This document shows, piece by piece, positions 12,336 to 24,622 of a DNA stretch of 64,000 nt. Source of the DNA: Hemiscyllium ocellatum (Eukaryota). The DNA lies in assembly GCF_020745735.1 (NCBI RefSeq), contig NC_083424.1:49338999-49402998 (forward strand). Direction: 5' to 3'. The notes below the pieces were generated by a model. That model was given only the letters and a program-made list of their open reading frames with translations, did no database searches and was not told the origin of the DNA. The translations under genes were made by a program, and so were the position numbers. The stretch's first letter is position 1. Each line of letters opens with the position of its first letter.

Positions 12336-14155
12336 GTGAGTGATCTTTTATGTTCTTTGCAATGCTGTCTCTAATTTTATTTCTGGTGCATGGACTTCCA
12401 AGGTCTGTGTGCAGCAGCGAGTTCCGAAGCTGGCCGTCAAGCGTCGGCATGCCAACTGTCATGAGTGGAATCTCAGAACAGTTAAATGGGAAAACTGTTT
12501 ACAGGCAGGGTGTTGGATAAGGAAACAGAAGACAATTTGACTGTCTCCCTTTATCACTTACTAGCACTACTGTCATTGATTATCTCACCATAAGGATCCT
12601 GTAATTGACTTTGACCAAAAGTAAATAATGTGGCTGCAAGAGTAAGTCAGTGGTTAGATATTCTTTGGCAAATTATCTCCTGTAAAATACAGGTTTGGCT
12701 GCTGGTGGAATACTCTCCACTTAGCTGGATCAGTGCATCTCCAACAACACTGAGGAAGCTCAACACCATCCAGATCAAAACAGCTTGTTTCGCAGCCAGT
12801 CAGCACCTTTAAAATTTCACTGGCTCTGTCCACCACTGATGCACTTGCTGGATATTCTGAGTCTTGGGAATGGGGAGGCATTTTAAAATGGTAGAAGAAG
12901 ATTTCAGGAGAGCTTGAAGTCTTTTTGCTACTATCGGTATACAGTTAGATTGACTGTAGTTAATTGAACCACTTAATTAGCTAAGTAAGGGCCATTTCTC
13001 AATAAGGAGATCCAGCCTTATTGTTGACATTTGGGCAGCCTTCTGGAGAGACCCCTCCACTGTGAATATTCAACGGCCCATGGAGGACCCTCCAGTGCCA
13101 ATAGCTGATCCCACTCCTAAGTTTCAGTTTCATTCAGCAGGGCTTCCCTTCCAAGTCCTGGCTCCCATCAGCATTGTCTATCCTTCTTCAAGGGCACAAT
13201 AGTATTGAGGTCCCCTCCCTCTGGCCTTGTGGCCTGAGGGATGGTGGCATTGAAGCTGCAGCACTGCCAGCCCTCTGACTGGGATGGCAGCACTTGGAGA
13301 CAGGCTTTTGTTCTTAAATATCATCCAGGTCTGGAACTGGGGTTGCATCTCAATTTGCTTCCAATGGCAAGACTTAAGGCCTGTCTGCAAAATATGTCTG
13401 CCAATATATACCAGCTGTAAGATGCACTGCAGCAAGTTATCATGGCACCTTCAAAAACTACAACTTCTACCATGTAGAAGACATGGACTGCAGGCATTTA
13501 GGAACAATGCGCCTTCAGGTTCCTTGGCAAGTCACATACAATCCTGACATGGAACCAAATTGCTGTTCTTTCATTGTTGCTGGTTCAGAATCATGGGACT
13601 CCTATTTAAGAGCACTTTGGGCGAAAAGCACTGTATACACAATGATGTTTCAAGAAGATGGCTTACCACCACCACCTTCTCAAGGGCAGTTAGAGCTGTG
13701 CAATAAAGGCTGGCCCAGCCAGACATTTCCACATATTATGAGTGATTAAACAAAAATAGACATTCTGAACTTCTTATTCTGTGCAGTTGTGTGCAGTTAG
13801 ATACCAGGAGATAGAATAAGGTTGGAATAATTTCAAGTGAGGATAGTAGTACGTAGCTTGTGTCTGTGATGGTTTAAAGACCCGAACAGCATTTTCTTAT
13901 CCCATGCTTTGTTTCATTCTTAAGACTACAAAGGAATTCCTGAAGAAGGGCTTAAGCCCGAAACGTCGATTCTCCTGCTCCTTTGATGCTGCCTGACCTG
14001 CTGCGCTTTTCCAGCAACACATTTTTCAGCTCATACACAGGAATTCAGTGTGACGTGTCTGAGAATGTATTTTTGCAATGTAAAAATACTTGAAACCATG
14101 TAGAACAATCTGATTTCCTGTTCTTATGTCACTGTGCCACTGTTTACATTTCTAG

Positions 14156-14278
14156 GAAATCAAAGAAGAAATTAAAACTATTATTAGCACTTGGACAAAG
14201 CACAGAATATCTGGTATTACTGAGAAATTTGGACATGGCAGCTCAAAACAATCAGTCACCAGGCAGAGACCATTTCAG
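14156..14278 (+). CDS. FKBP8-like: FKBP8-like coding exon (post-TPR helix/linker)
   Basis: ttctag|GAA ATC...TTT CAG|gtaagc. Open phase-0/0 frame EIKEEIKTIISTWTKHRISGITEKFGHGSSKQSVTRQRPFQ at the expected position, but weak similarity to FKBP8. Confidence 0.7.
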
Positions 14279-14947
14279 GTAAGCCTGAAATTACAGACTG
14301 ACTGGTTCAGATGGGAGCCAATTGGATAGGCAAAGGGCTAATGCCCAAAATGTCAACTCTGTTGCTCCTTGGATGTTGCCTGACCAGCTGTGCTTTTCCA
14401 GCATCACACTTTTTGATTGATCTGCTTTCCTCACTTTCTCCTTTTCATTATCAGTGCCTCACATGCAGGCTTCAGGTAGGGGTATGCGAGGTTTCTGCTG
14501 CTTGGTATTTAAATTTAAAGTGCCTACATTCCCTGATTTTTAAATACTAGGGAAAATAACAATTGTACTGGTAACCACAGGAACATGTGAAATGTTGCAT
14601 TGTGTTAAATTATAAGAGGAAGTCTCTAGGATATGTGTTTGAATGCACTGTCACCTGAGCGAGGTCTACTCAGTTGGACAGATGGTGTTTGACAGCAAGT
14701 GGATTTCTAAAGTTTTTGCTGAATAAGGCAAGTCAATCAATTCTTCCCTGTCCTTTGCTTATGGTCATACAAGAGTATGCTGATGAAATACAGGAAAGAC
14801 CTGGTCAGTACAATACAGTGTAAGGATTAGAAATGTTTGCTGATAAGATGCGGTGAAATAGAATAGAAATCACAGTACTTTTACGACAGAAAAAGGCCAC
14901 TTGTTATTGTACCTGCTAAGAAACAAATCATCCAGCATAATTCTGTT

Positions 14948-15760
14948 AGAGACAAAAATACTGCAGATGCTGGAATCCAAAGTAGACAAGCAGGAGACTG
15001 GAAGAACACAGCAAACCAGGCAGCATCAGGAGGTGGAGAAGTCAATGTTTCAGCTGTAACCCTTCTTCAGGACTGGGGGTGGGTGTGGGGGAGCTGCACT
15101 TAAAGGGGGTGGTAGGGGCGGGGTGGTGAAGAGGGGATTGGCGATCACCAGATACAACCTGGTTGGTCACTGGGAGGAATGAATCCGGTTTGTGGCAGGG
15201 AGCAGTGGAAGGGAGAGGTAGGGGCTGGGAAAGGAGTTGGGGGATGGGAAGGGAAGTCATTTGAAATTGGAGAACTCAATGTTGAGTCCTTTGGGCTGAA
15301 GGCTGCCAGGCGGAAGATCAGTTGCTCTTCCTCCAATTTGCGGTGTGGTTCACTGTGGCACTGGAGGAGGCCAAGGATGGTCATTTCGGAAAGGGAATGA
15401 AATGGGGGTGACTGGGAGGTCTGGTGTGCTCGGTAAACCGTTCCCTAAGTTTACGTTTGGTCTCCCTGATGTAGAGAAGATCACACTGGGAACACCTGAT
15501 GCAGAAAACTAGTTTGGAAGAGAGGCAAGTAAACCTCTGTCTCACCTGGAAGGACTGTTAGGGGCCCCGGATGGAGTGGGGTGGTCTACTGACAGGTTTT
15601 GCTTCTTTTCCTGTTGCAGGGGAAGGTACCTGTAAGTTCAGGGGTGTCAGTAGGGGTGACTGGCGCAAACAGAGGACTGTCAAAATGAATAGAAAGATGT
15701 TCTTGGAGGTGGGGTCTAGTTGGAGTTCGTGGAAGTGTTTAAGGATGATGCATTGGATTG
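14948..15760 (-). mobile_element. Penelope-like 3' fragment
   Basis: Encodes RKLEEEQLIFRLAAFSP and carries a terminal CTGAAGA...GAAAC motif. Confidence 0.75.
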
Positions 15761-16097
15761 ATACTTTGCATCTGTCTTTTACCTGTGAAGGAAATGCTGC
15801 CAGACTATGGAGACAGACAGGAAACTCAGGCACGAGAGGGTTTAAAATTAAAATGGTGCTATTGGTAATTAATGTTGGTAATGCACCAAAACTGCGTGAG
15901 ATCCATTCAAGAATTTTGAAGGAAGTGAGAATGAAAATTGCAGAAGCACTGGCAATTATTTTTCAATCTTCCCTTGATTTGGGATTATAGTGCCAGAGGA
16001 TTGAAGAATTGCAAATGTTATGCACTTATTCAAAAAATGTTGTAAAAATCAGCCTAGTCATTTTAACTTCAGTGGTAGGAACAATGTTACTACCAAG

Positions 16098-16436
16098 CGT
16101 GGCTCAGTGGTTAGCATGCTGCCTCACAGCATCAGGAACCTGGATTCGATTCCAGCCTCCGGCAACTGTCTGTGCAGAGTTTGCACTCTCTCTCCCTGTG
16201 TCGGTTGGGTTTCCACTGGGTACTCCAGTTTCTTTCCACAGTCCAAAGATGTGCAGGTTAACTGGCTTGATTATGCTAAATTGCCCACAGTGTCTAGGGA
16301 TGTGCAGGCTAGGTGGATTAGCCATGGGGAAATGTGGGGTTTGGAAGGTATGGTAGGGGTTGGGTCTGGGTGGGATCCTCTTTGGAGGGTTGGGGTGGAT
16401 TTGATGGGCCAAATGGCCTGATTTCACACTGTAGGA
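16098..16436 (+). mobile_element. HE1-type V-SINE
   Basis: tRNA-like A box (tggctcagtggttagc), B box (gattcgattcc), V domain (ccacagtccaaagatgtgcaggtta) and CR1-like tail. Confidence 0.8.
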
Positions 16437-16652
16437 GGTCTGTAATAATCCTTCTCTGATAGTTCTTTTGCTTCTACTTCTCTCTGCTCTTTCTAGCTCC
16501 AGCATATTTGCCTTTAGGAATCGCTCCAGATTCTGCTAATGTTTACTGAAACTGTTGATTTGCGAATGGGATCATTGTATCCTCTGAGCTCATTATTGTT
16601 GTTGTTCAGTTATTAATATTCATTTTCTAATTCTATTGATTTTCTTTCACAG

Positions 16653-16727
16653 AATATAAACTGGAAGTGGACAATAGGAATTTCTGCTGTTGCATTGGGC
16701 AGTATAATTCTATATAAATGGAGATGA
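16653..16727 (+). CDS. FKBP8-like: FKBP8-like terminal coding exon (C-terminal transmembrane tail anchor)
   Basis: tttcacag|AAT...AGA TGA. Encodes NINWKWTIGISAVALGSIILYKWR*, similar to FKBP8 [28 protein letters not shown]. The six exons total 744 nt in one uninterrupted frame. Confidence 0.85.
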   Translation, partial: NINWKWTIGISAVALGSIILYKWR

Positions 16728-16929
16728 TCTTAATCAGAATGCAAACCCAATTTCGGATTAAATTAAGAATTTGCTTCAGATACTGCTGGAGTTGAGATAT
16801 GTATAAACTGTTGGTGAAAAGTAATTTGCACATCTGTGTGTCAAACTGATTTCAGCTCAGCAATTCAAACTGAGCTGATATGCTTAAATATATATATTTA
16901 CAAATATATTAAACTGTTTGGTGTCTTTT

Positions 16930-18075
16930 TTTCTTTAGTATGTAAAGAGAAAAGAACTGGTTACAACTAATGTAGATCCTTTACTGTGAGAAACGGGGGA
17001 ATTTACAACGGCTGATGTAAAATGGCTGATGAGCTAAATGCATACTTCGCTTCTGTCTTCACAAAGGAGGACATGAATAACATACCAGAAATGATGGAGA
17101 GTGCAGGGACATGGAGGAACCAAAGCAAACCTGTATCAGTAGAGAAATAATGATGGGACAATTGATGAAGTTGAAGGCCAATAACTTCCCAGGGTTTGAT
17201 AATTGACATCCTAGAGTACTTAAGGAAATGGTTCTAGAAATAGTGGACGTCATTCAGGACTCTTCAGACTGTAGAACAGTTCCTACAGACTGGAGGGTAG
17301 CTAATGTAACCCTACTATTTTAAAAAGGGAGGCAGAGAGAAAATTGAGTGGTTAACCAGCGAGTCTGACATTGGGTAGTGGAAAAGGTTAATGTAGAGTT
17401 CATTGTGGAGGATTTTCGAGCAATTAGAAAACAGTGGTAGAATTAAACACAATCAGCATGGATTTACGAAAGGGAAATATGCTTGACAAATCTTCTAGAA
17501 TTCTTTGAGGATTTAACTCAAAGAGTTGATCTGGGGAGCCAGTAAATGTAGTTTATTTGGACTTTCCAAAGGTTTTTGACAAAGTTCCATGAAATTCACT
17601 ATTTGTTTAATGACTTAGATGAAGGAACTGAATGTAATATCTTAAAATTTGCAGACGACACAAATCTGGGTGGAAGAGTGAACTGTTAGCAGGATGCAGC
17701 AATGTTACAGTGTAATCTGGACAGGCTGAGTGAGTGGGCAGATGTAGTGTGATGTGGATAAATGTGAGGTTATCCACTTTTGTCACACAAATAGGTGGGC
17801 GGATTATTTTGCTGTAAATTGAGAGAGGGAAATATTCAATAAGGATAAATTTGTTCTTTCAAAGAATTATTAGCCTTGAAAGTCTTATGTTCAATGAATA
17901 GTGGGATCTGGGTCATTGAATATTTGTACAACGGAAGTAGACAGATTTTTGATCTAATAGGAGATCGAGCATCACCGAGGGAAGGCAGGAAATTAGAATT
18001 AGAAGTCAGATTAATGATGCTCTTATTGAATGATGGAGCAAGCTTAAGGAGGCTGAATGGCCTCCTGTTATTATA
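16930..18075 (+). mobile_element. CR1 LINE ORF2 fragments
   Basis: Motifs DWRVANVTLLFKKG, QHGFTKGK.CLTNLLEFFE, VYLDF.K.FDKV and KFADDT. Confidence 0.8.
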
Positions 18076-18439
18076 AAATAGCCAGACAATGCATTTAATC
18101 TTTTGGAAATATACACCCCAATGTTCTGTAGCTCATAGTTCCCTCATCTGAGTCAGCATCAGTCATCAGTTTATCATGATTTTCAATCAACCTATGTCAA
18201 CTTTACCAAATCTCTGACTTTACATCTAGTTTTATTTTCTTCCAGGTGATGGCTCCAGTCTATTTGCCACACCTTCAAAGCATAGCTTGTGCGAACATAA
18301 CCAATAGCAACCAAATACACTTCACCTGACCAAGGGGTAGCACTCCAAAAGCTTGTGATTTCAAATAAACTTGTTTGACTATATCCTGGTGTCGTATGAC
18401 TTCTGACCTTGACCAAATTCAGTATTCTACATGAGTTTA

Positions 18440-18760
18440 AAATCTGATTGAAGATTTGTAGCTCGGGTATCCGTTGTTGTGGTTCTGCTCGCCGAGCTGG
18501 AAGTTTTTGCTGCAAACGTTTCGTTCCCTGGCTAGGGAACATCATCAGTGCTGTTGGAGCCTCATGTGAAGCGCTGCTTTGATGTTTCTTCCGGTATTTA
18601 TATTGGTTTGTTCTTGCCGCTTCCGGGTGTCAGTTTCAGCTGCAGTGATTTGTATGTGGGGTCCAGGTCGATGTGTCTGTTGATGGACGTTCTTGCCGTT
18701 TCCGGGTGTCAGTTTCAGCTGTAGTGGTTTGTATATGGTGTCCAGGTCAATGTGTTTTAA
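18440..18760 (-). mobile_element. Penelope-like 3' end (pLTR) with internal tandem duplication
   Basis: KHIDLD(P/T)IY..LQ terminal coding remnant, a duplicated ~80-bp block and a hammerhead motif at 18511-18551. Related to 23155-23725. Confidence 0.75.
18511..18551 (-). ncRNA. Minimal type I hammerhead ribozyme motif (Penelope-associated)
   Basis: Minus strand gca-CTGATGA-T-GTTCCCT-agcc-AGGGAAC-GAAA-CG-TT-tgc: intact core boxes, 7-bp stem II and 3-bp stem I. Confidence 0.65.
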
Positions 18761-19884
18761 TTTGCACATTTTGACTGCTACTCCAGACTTGAGATCATTA
18801 TTCCTATTTGTCCTTATCTCCAGGTTTGTTCTTTACTTCTCCTGTCATTATTTCTCCTTCTTTTCTTCACCTTCAGTTTTCTGCACTCACAAACATCAAT
18901 TCTTCAGTAACTACTCCTACATTCCTGCTCCAACCTTGGTGTCAAATATCTGCACTCTTAAATAAGCTTGCTCTCTTTGTGCTTGCACCAACTCTCTGAG
19001 TGACTATCATGACTGTGCCATTCTTCAGTCTTTTCCCTGTCACCCTACACATTTAAATAAACCTTTTGAATGTGTCAGTTGAACCTGCTTCCACATTACC
19101 AGGCAGTGCTTTCCAGATTGAAATACTCGCTTTGTGAAGAAGTTTCTTTCATCATGTTTAGTTCTTCCAGTTTCAGGAAATCATTTCCATCTGTGCCATC
19201 TTTATTTTGCTCATTTACAACTGGAAACAATTACTATATAGACCTTTACTATTATTATACAAACTTCAATCATATCTTCTCCTAGCTTTCTCCTGTTCAA
19301 GGAAAACAGTCCTAACTTCATCAATCTATCTTCAGATTTTACGTTTATCATCCCAGACCATTCTTGTAAACCTCTTCCACACTCTTGTCAATGCTTTTAC
19401 ATCCTTCCTAAAGTGTGACATCCAATTAGTACATAACATCCCAGCTCATGTCAAGCTGGCACTCATACAGTTTCAGCAAAACCCCCCTATTTTGTATTCT
19501 ATGCCACCAAAAATAAAATAGGTCAAATGGATCAAACAAAATTTGATTAAAGGAAGAGGTTGCTAAAAGAGCTGGCAGTCTTTAGCTCTTAGAAAAGTAG
19601 GATTTAACAAATTATCCTCAGCTCAGTACAAAGTGACTGCAATTATGTTGAATCTTTATAAAAACTGGTTACACCTCAGCTGGATAGCTTGCAATCAAAT
19701 TTCTACCCCAACCACATTACCAAGTTGACTCACCGGAGACTGAAATGCTATTCGATGCAACTATGACAAATCTAAAGTATACATTCTCTTCTACAACTAT
19801 CTACAGTCTTAGAAATAGTTGACCACAACATTCTACTCCACTACACGTGTGGTGTCTTCCCCACCTGACCTCCTCTAATCAAAA

Positions 19885-20470
19885 AATGTGTGATAGATTC
19901 GTAAGGTAAGGCTTTTTTTTTCATTTATTCAATCTCTTAGCAATTTAAAGCAGAGGGGATAGCGACTAGGGCAGTTGCATGCTCCTCTTGCAGGATGTGG
20001 GAGTTAAGGGTCACCATTGGTGTCCCTGCTGACTTCACCTGCAAGAAGCACACCCAACTCCAGCTCCTCACAGACAGTGTTAGGGAGCTGGAGCTGAATG
20101 AACTTCAGATCATTTGGGAGGCTGACGGGGTGATAGAGAGGAGTTATAGGGAGATAGTCACAACTACGTTACAGGATAAAGGTAACTGGGTGACCATTAG
20201 AAGGAAAAGGAAAAGGCATACAGTGCAGGGACCCTCTGTTCCCCTCAATAATAAGTTTACCATTTTGGATACTGTTGGGGACGGAAACCAATAACCAACA
20301 AAGCCTCAGTGGGCGGGCCTCTGTCACTGAGCCTGGCTCTGTGGCTCAGAAGGCAAGGAGGGAGAATAGGAGAGTGATACTAATAGGAGATTCAATAGTG
20401 AGAGGAAGAGACAGTAGATTCTGTGGGTGCAAGCAAGACTCCCGGATGGTATGTTGCCTCCTGGATGCCA
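19885..20470 (+). mobile_element. CR1 LINE 5' region/ORF1 remnant
   Basis: Zinc-finger/zipper CSSCRMWE...FTCKKHTQLQLLTDSVRELELNEL and esterase-like VILIGDSIVRG, both typical of CR1 ORF1. Confidence 0.75.
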
Positions 20471-23070
20471 GCAGTGATCCCAATGACACCACTGACAAAA
20501 CGGAACAGGGATCCACAGAGGAGCAACCAAAGAAGGGGTCAACTTGGACCCTACCGGAAAGCCGCTGCCTTGGGCTTGACATGTATGCTGAAACTGCTGG
20601 GAAATATGTGAATGCTCGATTCATCAGCCGCACCCACAAGGTAGAGCAAAACATCACATGATCACAATGCAATGCCATTCATGCTCTCAAAACCAATTGC
20701 AATATTGTCATCAAATCAGTAGATAAAGGAGGATCCATCATCATTCAGAAAAGAACAGATTACTGCAAGAAAGTGTACCGACAACTGAACAACCAAGAAC
20801 ACTACGGCAACTACCGTCCGATCCGACCAAAGACCACACTGGTGAACTAAAAACATTGATTAGGATTTTGGATCCAGTCCTTCAGAGTTCCCTATGTGCC
20901 CTCATTCCACGTATTTCTCACGTGGGCGACTTCTGCTGCCTTCCAAAGATACACAAAGGCAACACACCAAGACGTCCCATCGTATCAGGCAATGTGAGAA
21001 CCTCTCTGGCTACGTCAAAGGCATCTTGAAACTGATTGTACAGGGGACCGCTGGCTTCTGTCACTACACCTACAGATTTCTTAGAGAAACTCAGCACCCA
21101 CGGACCAGTTGAACTGGGAACATTACTCGTCACAATGGATGTTTCAGCACTCTACACCAGCATCCCCCATGATGATAGCATCACGGCAATAGTCTCAGTA
21201 CTCAATATCAACAACTGCCAATCCCCGAGACCATCCTACAACTCATCTGCTTCATTCTTTGACAACCAGTTCTTCATCCAGGCACAAGAAATAGCCATGG
21301 GGACCAAACTTGCACCCCAATAAGCCAACATCGTCACGTAAAGTTTCGAACAAGATTTCTTTTCTGTACACGATCTCCAACTAACACTATACATCAGATA
21401 TAATGATGACATTTTCTTCCTCTGAACCCATGGCAAGGAGTTATTGAAACAACTATGCAGTGATTTCAATTAGTTTAATTCCACCATCAGACTGACCATG
21501 GACTACTCTTTAGTATCTATCTCATTCTTGGACATGTATCTCCATCAAGGATCGTCACCTCAGCCCATCACTGTACCACAAACTCCCGGATAACCTCACG
21601 ATGCTGCACTTCTCTGGCTTCCACCCGAAACATATTAAAACAGCCATCCTCTATGGACAAGCCCTCTGCATGTACAGGATCTGTTCAGGTGAGGAGGAAA
21701 ATGTCGGACACTTAAAAGTGCTCAAGGGATGCCCCCATAAGAACAGGGTATGATGCTCAACTCATTGACTGCCAGTTCCAACTTGCCAAAGTGAGAATCC
21801 ATAATAATGTACTCAGAATACAGACACAGGCTGCAACTGATAGGGTATCCTTCATCGTCCAGTACTCCTGGGAGCTGAACGACTATGCCATGTTCTTCGC
21901 AGCCTGCAACACATTATCAATGAGGACTAGCACCTCGCCAAGACCTTTCCTGCGTCTCCTCTTCTCGCCTTTAAACAACTACCAAACCTTAAACGGATCA
22001 TGATTCATAGCAAGCTGCCTAGCCTTCAGGACAACAACATTGTAAAACCCTGCCAGAGCAGCTCCTGCAAGAATATCGACACAGGTAACACCATTACACA
22101 TGTGGACACATTCCACCATGTATGCAGCGAGTATTCATTGACTTGGCCAAAGTGGTCTATTTCATATGTTGCAGGCAAGGAAGCCCTGAGGCATGGTACA
22201 TTGGTGAGACCAAGCAGATGCTATGACAGCAGTTGAATGGACACTGCACAACAATCACCAGACAGGAGTGTTCCCTCCCAGTCAGGGAACACATCAGCGG
22301 TCAGGGACATTTGGCCTTGGACCTTCTGGTGACCATCCTCCAAAGCAGACTTCAGAACAAGCAATAACGCAAAGTGGCTGAGCAGAAGCTGATCGCAAAG
22401 TTCGGTACGAATGGGAGTGGCTTCAACTGGAACCTCGGGTTCATATCACACTAAAGGTGACCCCACTGCACAATACACTCTTTCTCACACACGCACACAC
22501 ACGCTCCTACATACTCACACCGATGCCGACCCTACCTCATACACAAGCTCTATTTCATTTGGATACACATACACCCCCCGCACTCAGTGACACACACACA
22601 CCCCATCCCACACACACACATACATAACTAAGCTGACACATACACTCTATCCCGTGCACTCACACGCACACTCAATCTATCACTCCTACATGCGTGCACA
22701 TATAAGCTCATGGGTGAATTGTTTTTGCAGAATTACATTTTATTTTGCTGCATGAATCCATGTAAAACGCTTTAAAATCTACAGAGGGTTTGTCAGTCTG
22801 ACATAACATTGGGACACAGACAGACTTCACACCTATTGTTTAAAAAGCTAAGCCATCTTGAGAATGTAATTTAAAAGATATTCTGGAATTTACATATCAA
22901 AGAACAGAAACCACCCTATCCCACTATAAAAGATGAAAGTTTTAATCTGACATTGTTTATTGTATCACATTTCCATGGCACTGGACTCGATTGGCAATAA
23001 ATTCTGTGAGCATGATCTTCTCCACAACCACCAGGTGCTCCGAAAGCTTCTGCTTCCAAATAAACCTCTA
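20470..23070 (+). mobile_element. Degenerate Penelope-like element (RT + GIY-YIG + CA-rich tail)
   Basis: Motifs IKSVDKGG, LPKIHK, LVTMDVSALYTSIPHDD, IAMGTKLAPQ, RYNDDIF and YIGETKQ, with many stops and frameshifts. Confidence 0.88.
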
Positions 23071-23154
23071 ACTATTTTCAATGCCTAATTCCATTTTCCA
23101 ACATGCCCCTCACCGACTTGAATGGATTGAAAACACAAATGCTGGAACTAAGTG

Positions 23155-23725
23155 CATTTTGTGGTTCTGTTCGCCGAGCTGGGAATTTGTGTTGCAGACG
23201 TTTTGTCTCCTGTCTAGGTGACATCCTCAGTGCTTGGTAGCCTCCTGTGAAGCGCTTCTGTGATGTTTCCACCGGCATTTATAGTGGTTTTTCTCTTTGT
23301 GCTTCCGGTTGTCAGTTCCAGCTGTCCGCTGCAGTGGCCGGTATATTGGGTCCAGGTCGATGTGTTTGTTGATAGAATCTGTAGATGAGCGCCATGCCTC
23401 TAGGAATTCCCTGGCTGTTCTCTGTTTGGCTTGTCTTATAATCGGTTTCCTGAAACGTCGATTCTCCTGCTCCTTGGATGCTGTCTGACCTGCTGCGCTT
23501 TTCCAGCAACACATTTTTCAGCTCTGATCTCCAGCATCTGCAGTCCTCATTTTCTCCTATAATCGTAGTGTTGTCCCAGTTGAACTCATGTTGCTTGTCA
23601 TCCCTGTGTGTGTCTACTAAGGATAGACAGGGGACGAAACGTCTGCAACACAAATTCCCAGCTCAGCGAACAGAACCACAACAATGAGCACCGAGCTACA
23701 AATCTTTGCACAAACTTTGAACTAA
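23155..23725 (-). mobile_element. Penelope-like 3' end with a nested ~110-bp tail of another Penelope family
   Basis: HEFNWDNTTIIG...AKQRTAREFLEAW is interrupted at about 23445-23557, and the insert is flanked by tataatcg repeats. Confidence 0.75.
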
Positions 23726-23864
23726 CAGCATCTCATGAAGAACCATCTAGACTCGGAACGTTAGCTTGCTCTCTCTCTCTCTATGGATGCTGTCTGACCC
23801 GCTGTGATCTGAAGCATTTGTTGTTTTCAGTCCAGGTTCCAAACTCTGCAGTAAATTGTTCTTG

Positions 23865-24090
23865 ACTTGATTGGACAGGACTGTCTGGGGCGGTGACGTC
23901 ACAATCGAGCCAGCGCCGTCCCGTCCATAGGTTGAACGGCTGGCTGCCTTGTGAATATTAATACATCATGGTTAAGCTAACGCTGATTGGTGAATCTTCC
24001 TTCCGGGGCTGGTGTCGTGGTTCCACCCCTGACCGTTTATTGGTCAAACTGCTAATAACGTGGACGCTGTCAGTCAAAGCGGAAGGATGG
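23865..24090 (+). promoter_or_regulatory. C22orf39 proximal promoter
   Basis: Locally CpG-enriched. GGGGCGG next to a palindromic CRE GTGACGTCAC (23893-23902), three ATTGG (reverse CCAAT) boxes and CTTCCGG/CGGAAG ETS-like motifs just upstream of the ATG. Confidence 0.65.
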
Positions 24091-24110
24091 CGGATGGGGA
24101 GTTCTGGAGA
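24087..24110 (+). CDS. C22orf39: C22orf39 (UPF0545) exon 1
   Basis: ATG GCG GAT GGG GAG TTC TGG AGA|gtgagt encodes MADGEFWR, similar to human MADGSGWQ. Confidence 0.85.
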
Positions 24111-24454
24111 GTGAGTGAGGGCCTTGACTGGGGCCAAACTGGGATAAGGTTCCAGGGAGGATATTTCACTATAGCTTTGCATTCTATTATAATAGAAAGT
24201 AGTTGGACATCAAGTGCAAAGGTTAAATGACCTAGTTTCTCCATTCGACATGTCTAGATGCTCAGTGCTCTCTGAAGTCAGGACTGCGCTCATTCAGTCA
24301 GTATTACCACAAACACGGCTTTGCTATATTTTACTGCGGAGAGTCTAAATTCTAGATATTGAAGTTGACAATAACCCTTTACTAATTTAGTTTACGGAGA
24401 TAAGGTAGTTCGTTAAACAATCCTGACTTCTCACTGCCTATCATGTCATTCCAG

Positions 24455-24622
24455 CCTCCTCGGGCGTGCGATGATTATCGGAGTGAGTGGAAACACTGCC
24501 GGAGTCTGAGAAATCTCTTCCATCACTATTACACGTATGGAAAGTTCCCCTTGTGTAAACAGTGGAAGAAAGATTACAAAAGTTGCATGGAATGGGAACA
24601 CTTTAAGTCTACTGAAGCTAAG
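24455..24622 (+). CDS. C22orf39: C22orf39 exon 2
   Basis: ttccag|CCT...AAG|gtgag. Encodes PPRACDDYRSEWKHCRSLRNLFHHYYTYGKFPLCKQWKKDYKSCMEWE with a twin CX9C-like pattern, similar to human PPRPCEAYRAEWKLCRS...HHYY. Confidence 0.93.

Noticed and set aside
16098-16160. tRNA gene
   Set aside because: The A/B boxes belong to the head of a tRNA-derived V-SINE, continue into the SINE body, and give no complete cloverleaf.
24443-24454. ATG at 24443 as the C22orf39 start
   Set aside because: It lies in the acceptor region. Exon 1 MADGEFWR at 24087 matches the known N-terminus.
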